A stretch of DNA of 64,000 nucleotides from an uncultured Gammaproteobacteria bacterium (GTDB lineage: Bacteria; Pseudomonadota; Gammaproteobacteria; JACCXJ01), in NCBI GenBank assembly GCA_963764725.1, contig CAVXTM010000018.1, positions 416,001 to 480,000 on the forward strand, read 5' to 3'. The translations under genes were made by a program, and so were the position numbers. Shown one piece after another: positions 21,589 to 32,662 of the stretch; position 1 is the stretch's first letter, and every line of letters starts with the position of its first letter. The notes beneath the pieces are model-generated. The model worked only from the letters and a program-made list of their open reading frames with translations. It was not told the DNA's origin and searched no databases.

Positions 21589-22770
21589 TCAACGCTCCAC
21601 CGCTAGAGCAACGCCTTGGCCACCGCCGATGCATAAGGTCGCAAGGCCCTTGCGCACATCGCGTCGGATCATCTCGTACACCAAAGAAACCAAGACACGC
21701 GCCCCGGAGGCACCGATGGGGTGGCCGAGCGCAATCGCGCCGCCGTTGACGTTCACTTTGGCGACATCCCAACCGATATCCCGGTTCACCGAAAGCGCCT
21801 GGGCCGCAAAGGCCTCGTTCGCCTCGATAAGATCGAGATCCTGAACCTTCCATCCGGCTTTCCGCAAGCACCGTTGCGTCGCGGGCGTCGGACCTGTCCC
21901 CATTATGGCAGGATCGACGCCGGCCGTGGCATAAGCAACAATTCGCGCCAGCGGTGACAGACCCAGGGCCTTGGCCTTGCTTTCGGTGGTGATAATCACG
22001 CCGGCCGCGCCGTCATTGATTCCGGAAGCATTGCCTGCCGTGACCGAGCCCTCCCGGTCGAAGGCGGGTTTCAGTTTGCCCAGGGCTTCGGCAGTCGTGC
22101 CGTGACGGGGAAACTCATCGGTATCGAAGATGATCGGGTTGCCTTTCTTTTGCGGAATTTCGACGGGGATGATTTCCTTCGCGAAACGCCCCGCCTTCTG
22201 AGCGGCCTCCGCCTTTTGCTGCGAGAGCGCCGCGAACGCGTCCTGTTCCTCGCGCGAGATACCGTACTTCTTAACGATGTTTTCGGCGGTCATGCCCATG
22301 TGATAATCATTAAAAACATCCCATAAGCCGTCGTTGATCATCGTATCGACTAACGTCCATTCGCCCATCTTCTTGCCGGTGCGTGAGGCGGGGAGCACGT
22401 GCGGCGTTAGACTCATATTTTCTTGACCCCCGGCCACCACTAGCTCGGCATCACCGGCGCGAATCGATTGCGCGGCCAAAGCCACCGCTTTGAGCCCGCT
22501 GCCGCATACCTTGTTGATGGTCATACACGGCACCGAGTGCGGCAGACCCGCGCCCAGTGCCGCCTGCCGCGCCGGGTTCATGCCGACGCCCGCGGTCAGG
22601 ACCTGGCCTAAGATCACTTCCTCAATGTCCTCGGGCTTAATCCCGGTCTTGGACAAGAGCGCAGAGATGACCTTCGCGCCCAAGGTTGCCGCCGGAATAG
22701 TCGCGAGCGTTCCCCCAAAGGTTCCTATAGCCGTCCGACCGGCGGCCACGATAACTACGTTTTCAGCCAT
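21589..22770 (-). CDS. phaA: Acetyl-CoA acetyltransferase (beta-ketothiolase)
   Basis: [28 protein letters not shown]. Confidence 0.97.
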   Translation of the reverse strand: MAENVVIVAAGRTAIGTFGGTLATIPAATLGAKVISALLSKTGIKPEDIEEVILGQVLTAGVGMNPARQAALGAGLPHSVPCMTINKVCGSGLKAVALAAQSIRAGDAELVVAGGQENMSLTPHVLPASRTGKKMGEWTLVDTMINDGLWDVFNDYHMGMTAENIVKKYGISREEQDAFAALSQQKAEAAQKAGRFAKEIIPVEIPQKKGNPIIFDTDEFPRHGTTAEALGKLKPAFDREGSVTAGNASGINDGAAGVIITTESKAKALGLSPLARIVAYATAGVDPAIMGTGPTPATQRCLRKAGWKVQDLDLIEANEAFAAQALSVNRDIGWDVAKVNVNGGAIALGHPIGASGARVLVSLVYEMIRRDVRKGLATLCIGGGQGVALAVER

Positions 22771-22925
22771 TTAGTTCTCCGCACTGACACCGCGTTCGCG
22801 GTACTGACCCAACGATATTACTAGAACGCTTCAAGCAGCGGCGAGGCTCGAACGAGGCGCATGCGTACAGCTAATTTACACCTTACCTTAGAGCCTGCTG
22901 TCTATCCGGTAAACACGAGGATCGC

Positions 22926-22934
22926 TGCGATGCA
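22926..22934. promoter_or_regulatory. Putative PhaR operator upstream of phaA
   Basis: cTGCGATGCAATAA, same core and A/T-rich flank as the phaE box. Confidence 0.5.
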
Positions 22935-23006
22935 ATAAGAAGCGTAACAAAGTACGCTCGCAGAATCTAGAGGGTGGGCCACTTGCAACACGCGGACGCG
23001 TATCGA

Positions 23007-24425
23007 TTATAGATTGATCGTGCGGTTATCCACTGCGAGCGCGGCTTCGTGCATGGCTTCCGCGAGCGTCGGATGGGCGTGGATCGCACGCGCCAGATCT
23101 TCGGTGCTGGCACCGAATTCCATCGCGATCACCGCCTCACTGATTAGTTCCGAGGCGTTCGGGCCGAAGATATGCACCCCAAGCAAAGCATCGCTTTCGG
23201 CATCGCCCAGGATTTTGACGAGTCCCGCAGTCTCGCCCATGGCACGAGCCCGTCCGCTCGCTAGGAACGGAAATACTCCGCGCCGAAACGGTGTGCCATT
23301 CAACTTTAACGACTGCTCTGTTTGACCCACCCAGGCTACCTCCGGCCAGGTATAAATGATCGATGGGATACAAGCGTAATTCACCTCGGTAGCGTGACCC
23401 GCTATGGTTTCCACCACCGCCATACCCTCCTCGGAGGCTTTATGGGCCAGCATCGGGCCGCCAATGACATCGCCGATGGCAAACACGTCGCTCAGGGTTG
23501 TACGGCACCCATCATCGACCTCGACGAAGCCACGCTCATCGAGATTAATCCCGCATTCTGCGAGACCGAGCCCGTCGGTATTCGGGCGCCGTCCGACCGC
23601 GACGATCAGTCTGTCCACGGCCAGATCGTGTTGCACTTGGTCCCTCTGGTACGCAACGCGAAGGTCAGTCCCGTTCACGGTCACACCGGTCACGGCACAG
23701 CCTAACCGGATCGCCAAATCTTGCCGCGCCAGTTCTTTCGCGGTGGCCTGCGCGATCTCGAAATCCGCACCCGGCAGAAACTCGCTCAATGCCTCCAATA
23801 TAATGACCTCTGAGCCAAGACGCCGCCACACGCTTCCAAGCTCAAGCCCGATCGCGCCGGCGCCGATGATGCCCAAGCGTTTCGGGACTTCCGAAAATGC
23901 TAGCGCCGCCGTCGAATCGCAAATCAACCCGTTATCGATCTCGATGCCGGGCAGCGCGACGGGTACCGAACCGGTAGCGATGATGATATGCGAGGCCGTA
24001 ATCATGGACGCTTCGGCGCGCGTGCGACCGGTCACTGCCACGCGCATGTCGCCCATCAGGCGCGCCCGTCCCGCAAGCCACGTCACGTTATTTTTCTTAA
24101 AGAGCCCGGCGATGCCCTGGGTCAAGGTGCGTACGACTTTATCCTTGCGGAGCATCATCGACGGGAGGTCGAGGCTGAGCCCGCTCACGGCGATCCCGTG
24201 ATCCTTGGTGTGGCGGGCAATCGTCTCGTAGAGGTGGGAGGAATCCAAAAGCGCCTTGGAAGGAATACAGCCGACATTCAGGCACACACCGCCCAAGGCC
24301 GGTTTACCGGCAGCATCGACCCAAGAGTCGACGCAAGCGGTTGTAAAACCGAGTTGGGCGGCGCGGATAGCCGCGACATAACCGCCGGGCCCCCCACCTA
24401 CCACCACGACGTCGTAGCGGTCCAC
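23007..24425 (-). CDS. lpdA: Dihydrolipoamide dehydrogenase (E3)
   Basis: GGGPGGY, CLNVGCIPSK, HAHPTLAE. Confidence 0.97.
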   Translation of the reverse strand: MDRYDVVVVGGGPGGYVAAIRAAQLGFTTACVDSWVDAAGKPALGGVCLNVGCIPSKALLDSSHLYETIARHTKDHGIAVSGLSLDLPSMMLRKDKVVRTLTQGIAGLFKKNNVTWLAGRARLMGDMRVAVTGRTRAEASMITASHIIIATGSVPVALPGIEIDNGLICDSTAALAFSEVPKRLGIIGAGAIGLELGSVWRRLGSEVIILEALSEFLPGADFEIAQATAKELARQDLAIRLGCAVTGVTVNGTDLRVAYQRDQVQHDLAVDRLIVAVGRRPNTDGLGLAECGINLDERGFVEVDDGCRTTLSDVFAIGDVIGGPMLAHKASEEGMAVVETIAGHATEVNYACIPSIIYTWPEVAWVGQTEQSLKLNGTPFRRGVFPFLASGRARAMGETAGLVKILGDAESDALLGVHIFGPNASELISEAVIAMEFGASTEDLARAIHAHPTLAEAMHEAALAVDNRTINL

Positions 24426-24428
24426 GTC

Positions 24429-25652
24429 CTAGACCTCGATCAGGATGCGCGCCGGATCTTCGATGTGCTGTTTGATCGTGACCAGAAACTGCACGGCCTC
24501 GCGTCCGTCGATGATACGGTGATCGTAGGACAATGCGACGTACATCATCGGCCGAATCACCACCTGCCCCTCTTCCGCCACGGGCCGGTCTTGGATCCGG
24601 TGCATGCCGAGGATCGCGCTCTGGGGCGGGTTAATAATGGGCGTCGATAAGAGGGAACCGAACACACCTCCGTTGGTGATGGTGAAGGTGCCGCCGGTAA
24701 GCTCGTCGATGCCGAGCTTCGCATCCCGCGCCTTGTCGCCGAATTCCTTCACCGCGATTTCTACTTGCGCGAAGCCCAGACGGTCAACGTCGCGAAGCAC
24801 GGGGACCACGAGTCCACGCTCCGAGCTGACCGCGATCCCGAGGTCGTAGTAGTCATGGTACACGACATCGGAACCGTCGATGGAAGCATTGACAATCGGA
24901 AACTTTTTCAACGCCGACACCGCGGCCTTGCAGAAAAAGCCCATGAACCCCAGGCGCGCACCATGGCGCGACTCGAACGCCGAGCGATAACGCTCCCGCA
25001 GCACCATGACCGGCTGCATGTTGATTTCATTGAACGTGGTCAGGATCGCGTTCTCGCGTTGCGCTGCCAAGAGGCGCTCGGCAACGCGCAAACGCAAGCG
25101 ACTCATGGCGACGCGCTTCGTGGGACGCTGACCCGTGTCGGGGTCCGCCGATGCATCTTTCTGCTGCGCCGGCACTGTAACCAGACCGGTATCTTTGGCC
25201 TCAATATAAGTCAGCACGTCTTGCTTGGTGATCCGGCCGCTTTTCCCGCGCGCCGGAATGGTTTTAGGATCGAGGGCGTGCTCCGTGACCAACCTGCGGA
25301 CGGCCGGGCTGAGCGACGTCACGTCCTCGGAAGGCGCCTCCTCGCTCACGCGCCTAGGCACGGCAGCCGGTTTGGGCGTGCTGAGCTCGTTATCCGCGGG
25401 CTGCTCGACCTGGGGAGAGGTATCGATGACCGCCAACACTTCTTGACTCAATGCCGTCTCACCTGCTTTTTTGTGGATCTCCTTGAGCATTCCCGCTTCC
25501 GGGGCGGTGATCTCCAATGTCACCTTGTCCGTCTCAAGATCGGTTAGGTGCTCGCCCCGGCCGATCCGATCGCCCGGTTGCTTATGCCACTCGATCACAC
25601 GCGCATCGGCAATCGATTCGGCCAGTACTGGAACCTTGACCTCTAGGAGCAT
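24429..25652 (-). CDS. sucB: 2-oxoglutarate dehydrogenase E2
   Basis: Lipoyl ETDKV, DHRIIDG. Confidence 0.97.
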   Translation of the reverse strand: MLLEVKVPVLAESIADARVIEWHKQPGDRIGRGEHLTDLETDKVTLEITAPEAGMLKEIHKKAGETALSQEVLAVIDTSPQVEQPADNELSTPKPAAVPRRVSEEAPSEDVTSLSPAVRRLVTEHALDPKTIPARGKSGRITKQDVLTYIEAKDTGLVTVPAQQKDASADPDTGQRPTKRVAMSRLRLRVAERLLAAQRENAILTTFNEINMQPVMVLRERYRSAFESRHGARLGFMGFFCKAAVSALKKFPIVNASIDGSDVVYHDYYDLGIAVSSERGLVVPVLRDVDRLGFAQVEIAVKEFGDKARDAKLGIDELTGGTFTITNGGVFGSLLSTPIINPPQSAILGMHRIQDRPVAEEGQVVIRPMMYVALSYDHRIIDGREAVQFLVTIKQHIEDPARILIEV

Positions 25653-25664
25653 GGGGTTGATGCT

Positions 25665-28478
25665 TTACGCGGTCTTCTGCTGCGCCGCGACACCCTGATT
25701 CAACTTCAAGGCTTCGCTGACCAAGGCCTGCTGCTGCTCGATGTGTTTCGAGCTATAACCCACCGCCGGCGACGCGGAGTACGGGCGCGCCACGAGCCTC
25801 AGTTGCTGCGGTTCGTGCAAGCGGCCGAAGAGATGCAGGCGTGACAGCAGATAGAACCAGGCTCCTTGGTTGCGCGGCTCTTCCTGCACCCAAATGATTT
25901 CGAGCGCGTTCGGATAACGTGCCAGCACGGCGTCCATTCCTTGGGTTGGAAACGGATACAATTGCTCTAGTCGGACGATCGCAATGTCTTTGATTTTGTT
26001 CGCGCGCCGGGCTTCCAAGAGATCAAAATAAATCTTTCCGCCACAGATCAGCACACGATCTACCGCCCGCCCATCGATGGGATCGATCTCGTCGATAACA
26101 ACCTGAAAGCCACCTTCGGTGATATCCGACAGGGTCGAAGTCGAGAGCTTATGCCTGAGCAGGCTTTTTGGGCTCATGACGACCAAGGGCTTCTTGTAGG
26201 GGCGGCGCGCCTGCCTTCTTAACATATGAAACATCTGCGCGGGCGTGCTCGGAACGCATACCTGTATATTTTCCTCGGCGCAGAGCTGTAAGTACCGTTC
26301 GAGGCGTGCCGAGGAATGCTCGGGGCCCTGTCCATCATATCCATGGGGCAACAACATGACTAGGCCGCTGTAACGGCTCCATTTGGACTCGCAGGAAGTG
26401 ATAAATTGATCGATGACGACTTGAGCCCCATTGGCGAAATCGCCGAATTGCGCCTCCCAGATCACCAAGGCATCGGGTTCCGAACTGCTGTACCCGTATT
26501 CGAAGCCCAAAACCGCCTCTTCGGACAAGATCGAATTGATCACCATGAATCGCGCCTGATCCCCTTTGACATGGTGCAGGGGGACGTAGCCTTCACCGCT
26601 GCTTTGATCGTGCAAGACCGCATGCCGGTGAAAAAACGTCCCGCGCTCGCTGTCCTGCCCCGCGAGCCGGATGGGATAACCTTCATCGACTAAACTGGCA
26701 TAAGCGAGGGTTTCCGCGTATCCCCAGTCGATCGGCGCATGCCCCTGCCCCATCTGGCGGCGTTGCTCGATGATGCGCTCTACACTGCGGTGCAACTGGA
26801 TATCCTTGGGGATGCTCGTGAAGCGTTGGCTCAACGCCTGAACGCGTTCCAGCGCAAGCGCGGTTTCACAAGGCATATCCCAATGGGTGCCGTGGTATGC
26901 TGTGAAACTGACTCTAAGTTCGTTCCTGATGTCGTACACGACCGGTCCCGCAACGATCTGATCGCCTTCAAGCGAATCGATGTAAGACCGGGCCATCGAC
27001 TCCGCTTCGTTTTCTTGGATGAGACCTTCCTGTTGCAGCTTTTCCGAATAGATCCTGACGACGCTAGGATGCTGCCGGATCTTTTGGTACATGATGGGCT
27101 GAGTCGCCATGGGCTCGTCGGCTTCGCTATGGCCATGCCTGCGGTAGCAGACCAAATCGATGACAATGTCTTTGTTGAATTCCATTCGGTAATCAAGCGC
27201 CAGCCGCGCGAGCATTACGACGGCTTCGGGATCATCGCCGTTAACATGTAAGATCGGCGCTTGGACCATCTTCGCCACGTCGGTGCAATACAAGGTTGAG
27301 CGCGCATCCAGCGGATCGCTGGTAGTGAAGCCGATTTGGTTATTGATGATGATGTGAATGGTGCCGCCCGTGGCATATCCGCGCGTCTGCGACAGGTTGA
27401 GCGTCTCCATCACCACCCCTTGCCCGGCAAACGCCGCATCCCCGTGCATCAGGATAGGCAATACCGTGTCCCGGTTTCTATCGCGGCGCCGGTCTTGGCG
27501 TGCTCGTACCGATCCTTGAACGACCGGGTTGATGATTTCCAAATGCGAGGGATTAAACGCGAGCGTCAGGTGAACCGGCCCCCCCGGAGTGGCGATATCG
27601 GAGGAGTAGCCCAGATGGTATTTAACATCACCCGAACCGGCGGCGTTCCCGCCCTTGCCTTCGAACTCCTCGAAGAGTTCCGCCGGATGTTTGCCGACAA
27701 TGTTGACCAGCACGTTTATTCGGCCACGATGCGCCATCCCGATGACGACTTCCTTGATCCCGCCCTCGCCGCCGCTCCGTACCAATTCGTCGAGTAAGGG
27801 GATCGCACTTTCGCCGCCCTCCAGGGAGAAGCGTTTCTGTCCTACGTATTTTCGGTGCAGATATTCTTCCAGCGTGGTGGCAGCCACCAGCCGTTCCAGG
27901 ATCCGCCGCTTTTTTGGCGGGTCGAAACCGGGCGTGGCACAGTCCAGTTCCAAGCGTTGCTGAAGCCAGCGTTTTTGATTGGTGGCGTTAATATGCATGT
28001 ATTCGGCGCCGATCGTGCGGCAGTACGTTGTCCGGACCCGACGTAGGATTTCGCCTAAGGCGGCATACTCGGCGCCAAAAAACGATCCCGTGCTATAGCT
28101 AACGCCGAAGTCGCGTTCGCTCAGCCCATGAAAGGCGGGATCGAGCTCGGCGACGATCGGACGCTCGATTTGGCGCAAGGGATCGAGATCGGCTTGCCGG
28201 TGGCCTCGAAACCGGTAAGCGTTAATGAGTTGTAAGACCGCGATTTGTTTTTGGATCCGGGCTTCGAGACCGGCGTCGGATAAGGATTCGGTCCGCTCCG
28301 GCGCCAGCGCAGACCCATCGCCTCCCGGCGCTGCTTGCTCGGCGCCAGGCGCTAGGTCTTCGAATACCGACCGCCAATGCGCATCGACCGTTTGCGGACT
28401 GCGTACGAATTGCTCATACAACGAGTCAATAAACTCGGCGTTTCCGCTATGTAATGCCGTAGCTCTGCGCAGCTTCAT
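25665..28478 (-). CDS. sucA: 2-oxoglutarate dehydrogenase E1
   Basis: KRFSLEGGE, HGDAAF.GQG, WEAQFGDFANGAQ, GPEHSSAR. Confidence 0.98.
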   Translation of the reverse strand: MKLRRATALHSGNAEFIDSLYEQFVRSPQTVDAHWRSVFEDLAPGAEQAAPGGDGSALAPERTESLSDAGLEARIQKQIAVLQLINAYRFRGHRQADLDPLRQIERPIVAELDPAFHGLSERDFGVSYSTGSFFGAEYAALGEILRRVRTTYCRTIGAEYMHINATNQKRWLQQRLELDCATPGFDPPKKRRILERLVAATTLEEYLHRKYVGQKRFSLEGGESAIPLLDELVRSGGEGGIKEVVIGMAHRGRINVLVNIVGKHPAELFEEFEGKGGNAAGSGDVKYHLGYSSDIATPGGPVHLTLAFNPSHLEIINPVVQGSVRARQDRRRDRNRDTVLPILMHGDAAFAGQGVVMETLNLSQTRGYATGGTIHIIINNQIGFTTSDPLDARSTLYCTDVAKMVQAPILHVNGDDPEAVVMLARLALDYRMEFNKDIVIDLVCYRRHGHSEADEPMATQPIMYQKIRQHPSVVRIYSEKLQQEGLIQENEAESMARSYIDSLEGDQIVAGPVVYDIRNELRVSFTAYHGTHWDMPCETALALERVQALSQRFTSIPKDIQLHRSVERIIEQRRQMGQGHAPIDWGYAETLAYASLVDEGYPIRLAGQDSERGTFFHRHAVLHDQSSGEGYVPLHHVKGDQARFMVINSILSEEAVLGFEYGYSSSEPDALVIWEAQFGDFANGAQVVIDQFITSCESKWSRYSGLVMLLPHGYDGQGPEHSSARLERYLQLCAEENIQVCVPSTPAQMFHMLRRQARRPYKKPLVVMSPKSLLRHKLSTSTLSDITEGGFQVVIDEIDPIDGRAVDRVLICGGKIYFDLLEARRANKIKDIAIVRLEQLYPFPTQGMDAVLARYPNALEIIWVQEEPRNQGAWFYLLSRLHLFGRLHEPQQLRLVARPYSASPAVGYSSKHIEQQQALVSEALKLNQGVAAQQKTA

Positions 28479-28832
28479 GCCTTCTCAAGATTAAACGCAA
28501 TCCGTAACGAGTCGCGGCGGTTCCCTCATGTACGGGAATCGCCGTGCGCCGACGCGACACGATGATGACGGTAACGAAGCGGTCATGATATCGGGTCTCT
28601 TAATCACGGCAGCCTAATGTGCGCCGCAATAATACCCAATAGCTAAGGATGGGCCAAGAGTTTTAGCCTATGCCATGATCCGGTCCGGCCGCGGCGGCGC
28701 AAAGATGCTACTTGCTGCGCCGCGAAAAATAACGTTATGCTTACCCCTCCCAGAGGGAGGTACTGAGGTATAAGGCTTATGGTGAAACCCGGAAACGCCG
28801 CGAATACACGACCGCCGCCCAAGGATAATTCG

Positions 28833-30134
28833 ATGACATCCGACACGGTAACGATAACGGACAATACTACCGGCAAAACGATCGAATGTCCGGTTTATCG
28901 CGGCACTTACGGGCCTGCCGTCATCGATACCAAGCGCCTTTACAGCGAGCTTGGGATGTTTACCTTGGACCCCGGGTTCGTCACGACCGCAAGCTGCCGT
29001 AGCGCGATTACCTACCTTGACGGCGACAAGGGGATCTTGTTGTACCGCGGCTACCCGATTGAGCAATTGGCCGAGCACAGCCACTTCCTAGAAGTAGCGT
29101 ACCTACTGATTTATGGCGAACTGCCGACGGCTCGGCAAATGGCGGAATTCGATTCGTCCGTTAAAAAGCACAGCATGGTGCATGAGCACCTGATCAAGTT
29201 CTACGGCGGTTACCGCTACGACGCCCATCCGATGTCCATCATGGTCGGCGTGATCGGCGCGATGGCTTCTTATTACCACGATTCGATTGACATTTACGAC
29301 CAGGGTGACCGCGATGCGACCGCTCGCCGCATCCTGGCGAAGATGCCGAACATCGCTTCCAAGTGTTACAAGTATGGCGTCGGCCAGCCTTTTGTGTATC
29401 CCAACAACTCCCTGGGGTACATAGAAAACTTCATGCACATGATGTTCGCGCAGCCCTCGGAACCTCTTATCACCAATCCGGTCGCGGTATACGCTTTGGA
29501 TCTACTCTTCATCCTACACGCCGACCATGAGCAAAACGCCAGCACCTCCGCGGTTCGGCTTGCGGGGAGCACCGAGAGCAACCCCTATACCTGCATCGCG
29601 GCCGGCATCGCGACCTTGTGGGGGCGTGCACATGGCGGTGCAAACGAGGCGGTCGTGCATATGCTCGAAGAGATCCAGGATATTAAGAACGTACGAAAGT
29701 ACGTCGATCGGGCCAAGGACAAGGACGGATCGTATCGATTGATGGGATTCGGGCATCGCGTCTATAAGAATTACGACCCGCGCGCGGCGATTATCCGCAA
29801 GGCGTGTCACGCCGTCCTCGACGCAATGGGCGCGGGCGCGCATCGGCCTATGCTCGAGATCGCCGTGGAGCTGGAGCGCATCGCGCTTGAAGATGACTAT
29901 TTTATCGAGAGGAAGCTCTACCCGAACGTGGACTTTTACTCCGGGATCATTCTCAAGGCGCTCGAAATACCGACGCGTATGTTCACGGTGTTGTTCGCCA
30001 TAGCGCGGACCGCCGGATGGCTAGCTCAATGGATGGAGATGATCATGGATGCGGATTTCCGCATCGGACGGCCCCGTCAGATCTATATCGGTTCTGAAAC
30101 CAGGGACTATGTGCCGGTCGCAAAAAGAAACTAG
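28833..30134 (+). CDS. gltA: Citrate synthase (type II)
   Basis: [32 protein letters not shown]; start MTSD behind AAGGA. Confidence 0.97.
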   Translation: MTSDTVTITDNTTGKTIECPVYRGTYGPAVIDTKRLYSELGMFTLDPGFVTTASCRSAITYLDGDKGILLYRGYPIEQLAEHSHFLEVAYLLIYGELPTARQMAEFDSSVKKHSMVHEHLIKFYGGYRYDAHPMSIMVGVIGAMASYYHDSIDIYDQGDRDATARRILAKMPNIASKCYKYGVGQPFVYPNNSLGYIENFMHMMFAQPSEPLITNPVAVYALDLLFILHADHEQNASTSAVRLAGSTESNPYTCIAAGIATLWGRAHGGANEAVVHMLEEIQDIKNVRKYVDRAKDKDGSYRLMGFGHRVYKNYDPRAAIIRKACHAVLDAMGAGAHRPMLEIAVELERIALEDDYFIERKLYPNVDFYSGIILKALEIPTRMFTVLFAIARTAGWLAQWMEMIMDADFRIGRPRQIYIGSETRDYVPVAKRN

Positions 30135-30145
30135 TCAGAATATTC

Positions 30146-30250
30146 TCGCCTGCGGGGTATGTACCCCGCAGGCGACCAAAAAGGGAGAGTTACACTACTC
30201 CCCTTTGGAAACCCCATTGCTAAGGTGCCCGCCGTAAATGGCGGGGTATT
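30146..30250 (+). repeat. Dispersed three-hairpin intergenic element, copy 1
   Basis: Shares GGCGACCAAA...CTCCCCTTTGGAAACCCCAT and hairpin layout with 56948-57049. Confidence 0.75.
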
Positions 30251-30272
30251 CCTGAATTAAGCGGGAGAACCA

Positions 30273-31256
30273 ATGACGCAGCCTTTGCAGATTACGGTCA
30301 CTGGGGCCGCCGGCCAGATAGGTTACGCATTGCTGTTTCGCATAGCCGCCGGAGAGATGCTGGGACGGGACCAGCGGGTATGCTTACGGCTACTGGACAT
30401 CACGCCCGCCTTGAAGGTGTTGGAAGGGGTGGTGATGGAGCTGATGGACTGCGCGTTTCCGCTCCTCGAAGACGTCGTCATTACCGATGATCCCAAGGTC
30501 GCGTTTCAAGCCACCTCCTATGCCTTGCTCGTGGGCGCCAGACCCCGTGGTCCCGGCATGGAGCGCAGCGATCTGCTCGCCGCGAACGGTGGGATATTTC
30601 AGATCCAAGGGCGAGCCCTCAATGAGCAAGCGCGGCGAGAGGTCAAGGTTCTGGTGGTCGGTAATCCAGCGAACACCAACGCGTTAACGGCAATGCAGAG
30701 CGCTCCGGACATCGATGCAAAGAACTTCTCCGCGCTGACGCGCTTGGATCACAATCGAGCCATCGCTCAGTTAGCGCAAAAGGCCGGCTGCAAGCTCACG
30801 GATATCAAGAAACTGGCCATTTGGGGGAATCACTCGACCACCCAGTATCCCGACATCAGTCACACCTTGATTCGCGGCCGGCCGGCTAAGGACTCGATAG
30901 AGCAGCGCTGGTTAACGGATGAATTCATTCCCCGGGTCGCGAAACGGGGAGCGGAGATTATCGCCGCACGCGGCGCCTCGAGCGCGGCATCAGCCGCGAA
31001 TGCGGCCATCGAGCACATGCGCGATTGGGTGATGGGAACCCCGGCGAATGATTGGACCAGCATGGCAGTTGCGAGTGACGGGAGCTATGGCATTGCGCCC
31101 GGTTTGATCTATTCGTTCCCGGTGACCACGCAGGACGGCGGCTACAGCATTGTCCAGGGTCTCAGCATCGATGAGTTTAGCCGCGCGCGCATGGAGATCA
31201 CCCGCAAGGAACTGGAAGAAGAACGGGACGCGGTCGAGAAGCTTTTGGCCGGTTGA
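30273..31256 (+). CDS. mdh: Malate dehydrogenase (type 2)
   Basis: [40 protein letters not shown]. Confidence 0.97.
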   Translation: MTQPLQITVTGAAGQIGYALLFRIAAGEMLGRDQRVCLRLLDITPALKVLEGVVMELMDCAFPLLEDVVITDDPKVAFQATSYALLVGARPRGPGMERSDLLAANGGIFQIQGRALNEQARREVKVLVVGNPANTNALTAMQSAPDIDAKNFSALTRLDHNRAIAQLAQKAGCKLTDIKKLAIWGNHSTTQYPDISHTLIRGRPAKDSIEQRWLTDEFIPRVAKRGAEIIAARGASSAASAANAAIEHMRDWVMGTPANDWTSMAVASDGSYGIAPGLIYSFPVTTQDGGYSIVQGLSIDEFSRARMEITRKELEEERDAVEKLLAG

Positions 31257-31262
31257 TGCAAG

Positions 31263-31916
31263 CTAACGCAAGCTAATCACCGGCCAGCGATTGATGCTTG
31301 CCGCCTGCGCCAAGGTCGCGTCCGGATCCACCGCGACGGGATGTGTGACCGCATGCAGCAGCGGCAGGTCATTATGGGAATCGCTGTAGAACCAGGTCTC
31401 GGCATAGCTTTTCCCCTGCTTAACCAGCCAGTCGGATAAACGCGCCACCTTGCCGGCGCCAAAGGCCGGCGTTCCGCACACACGGCCGGAGTAGCGTCCG
31501 TCGATGATCTCCGGCTCGGTTGCGATGAGATGCTCGACGTCCAGTAATGCGGCGATGGGCTCGGTGAGAAATCGATTGGTGGCGGTGACGATGAGTAGCG
31601 TGTCACCCTTGGCGCGGTGAGTATGCAATAACGCTCGCGCTTTCGGAAGCATGATCGGCTTGATTTTTTGTTTGACATAGTTTGCCCGCCATGCGCGCAG
31701 CGTATCGGCATCATGCTGGGCCAAAATTTCCAACTGAAAACCCAGAAACGCGAAGATATCCAGCGCGCCGTTCAAGTAATCTCGGTAATACTGCTCATGG
31801 CGACGCTCATAATCGTCTTTTTGAACGATTCCTTCCTCGATCAAGAATTGGCCCCAGAGTGTGTCGCTGTCGCCGCCGATGAGCGTGTTATCAAGATCGA
31901 AAATTGCTAAAGTCAT
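31263..31916 (-). CDS. HAD-IB phosphatase, probable histidinol-phosphatase-type
   Basis: FDLDNTL, TAT, YSDSHND; divergent from rppH as in Pseudomonas. Confidence 0.85.
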   Translation of the reverse strand: MTLAIFDLDNTLIGGDSDTLWGQFLIEEGIVQKDDYERRHEQYYRDYLNGALDIFAFLGFQLEILAQHDADTLRAWRANYVKQKIKPIMLPKARALLHTHRAKGDTLLIVTATNRFLTEPIAALLDVEHLIATEPEIIDGRYSGRVCGTPAFGAGKVARLSDWLVKQGKSYAETWFYSDSHNDLPLLHAVTHPVAVDPDATLAQAASINRWPVISLR

Positions 31917-32011
31917 TCCCTGCGACTAAGGAAATAAGTGTGTTAGAATTTCAAGCAACGTGTAAGCTTGCGAATTTACGGACGAATTCAATCGGATGCT
32001 GGCGGTTAGTC

Positions 32012-32494
32012 ATGATAGACGCTCACGGTTTTAGGTTAAATGTCGGAATTATTCTAAGCAATCGCGACGCTCAGGTCTTTTGGGCTCGGCGCGTGGGCAT
32101 GGACGCCTGGCAGTTTCCCCAAGGTGGCATTAAGCGCCACGAAACCGCCCAGATGGCTATGTTTCGAGAGCTCAAGGAAGAGGTCGGTCTGGAGCCCGAG
32201 CACGTGGAGCTCGTCGGATGTACCCGCGCGTGGTTGCGCTACCGGCTCCCTAAACGCTATGTCCGCTACGATAAGCGGCCTGTGTGCATCGGCCAAAAAC
32301 AGATCTGGTTCATGTTACGGCTCATCGGCACGGAGACGGACGTGCGCCTGGATGCGGCTCCACGGCCGGAATTCGATCGCTGGCAATGGGTGCATTATTG
32401 GCATCCTCTACAAGAGGTCGTATTTTTTAAACGCTCCGTCTACGAAAAAGCATTAACGGAGCTGGCGCCTTTGGTCTTCGACGCTAACGATTAA
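32012..32494 (+). CDS. rppH: RNA pyrophosphohydrolase
   Basis: MID..GFR.NVGI, WQFPQGG...RELKEEVG Nudix box, IGQKQ.WF. Confidence 0.96.
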   Translation: MIDAHGFRLNVGIILSNRDAQVFWARRVGMDAWQFPQGGIKRHETAQMAMFRELKEEVGLEPEHVELVGCTRAWLRYRLPKRYVRYDKRPVCIGQKQIWFMLRLIGTETDVRLDAAPRPEFDRWQWVHYWHPLQEVVFFKRSVYEKALTELAPLVFDAND

Positions 32495-32662
32495 TAAGGT
32501 GGCACGCAACCGTCGTGCGCTACCGCGCCGCGGCGCGTGGGCGCAAATCGAGCTATTTAATATTTGTTCTAAAAACATTACACTAACTTTATGCTTATAA
32601 AAAAGATTCCCGTTTATTAAACCTGCCAGCGAGAACTCGTAAGCGCGTTCGAGGGGAACATT

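Noticed and set aside
32500-32520. TGGCACG upstream of the secretin as a sigma54 promoter
   Set aside because: No TTGC at the -12 position.
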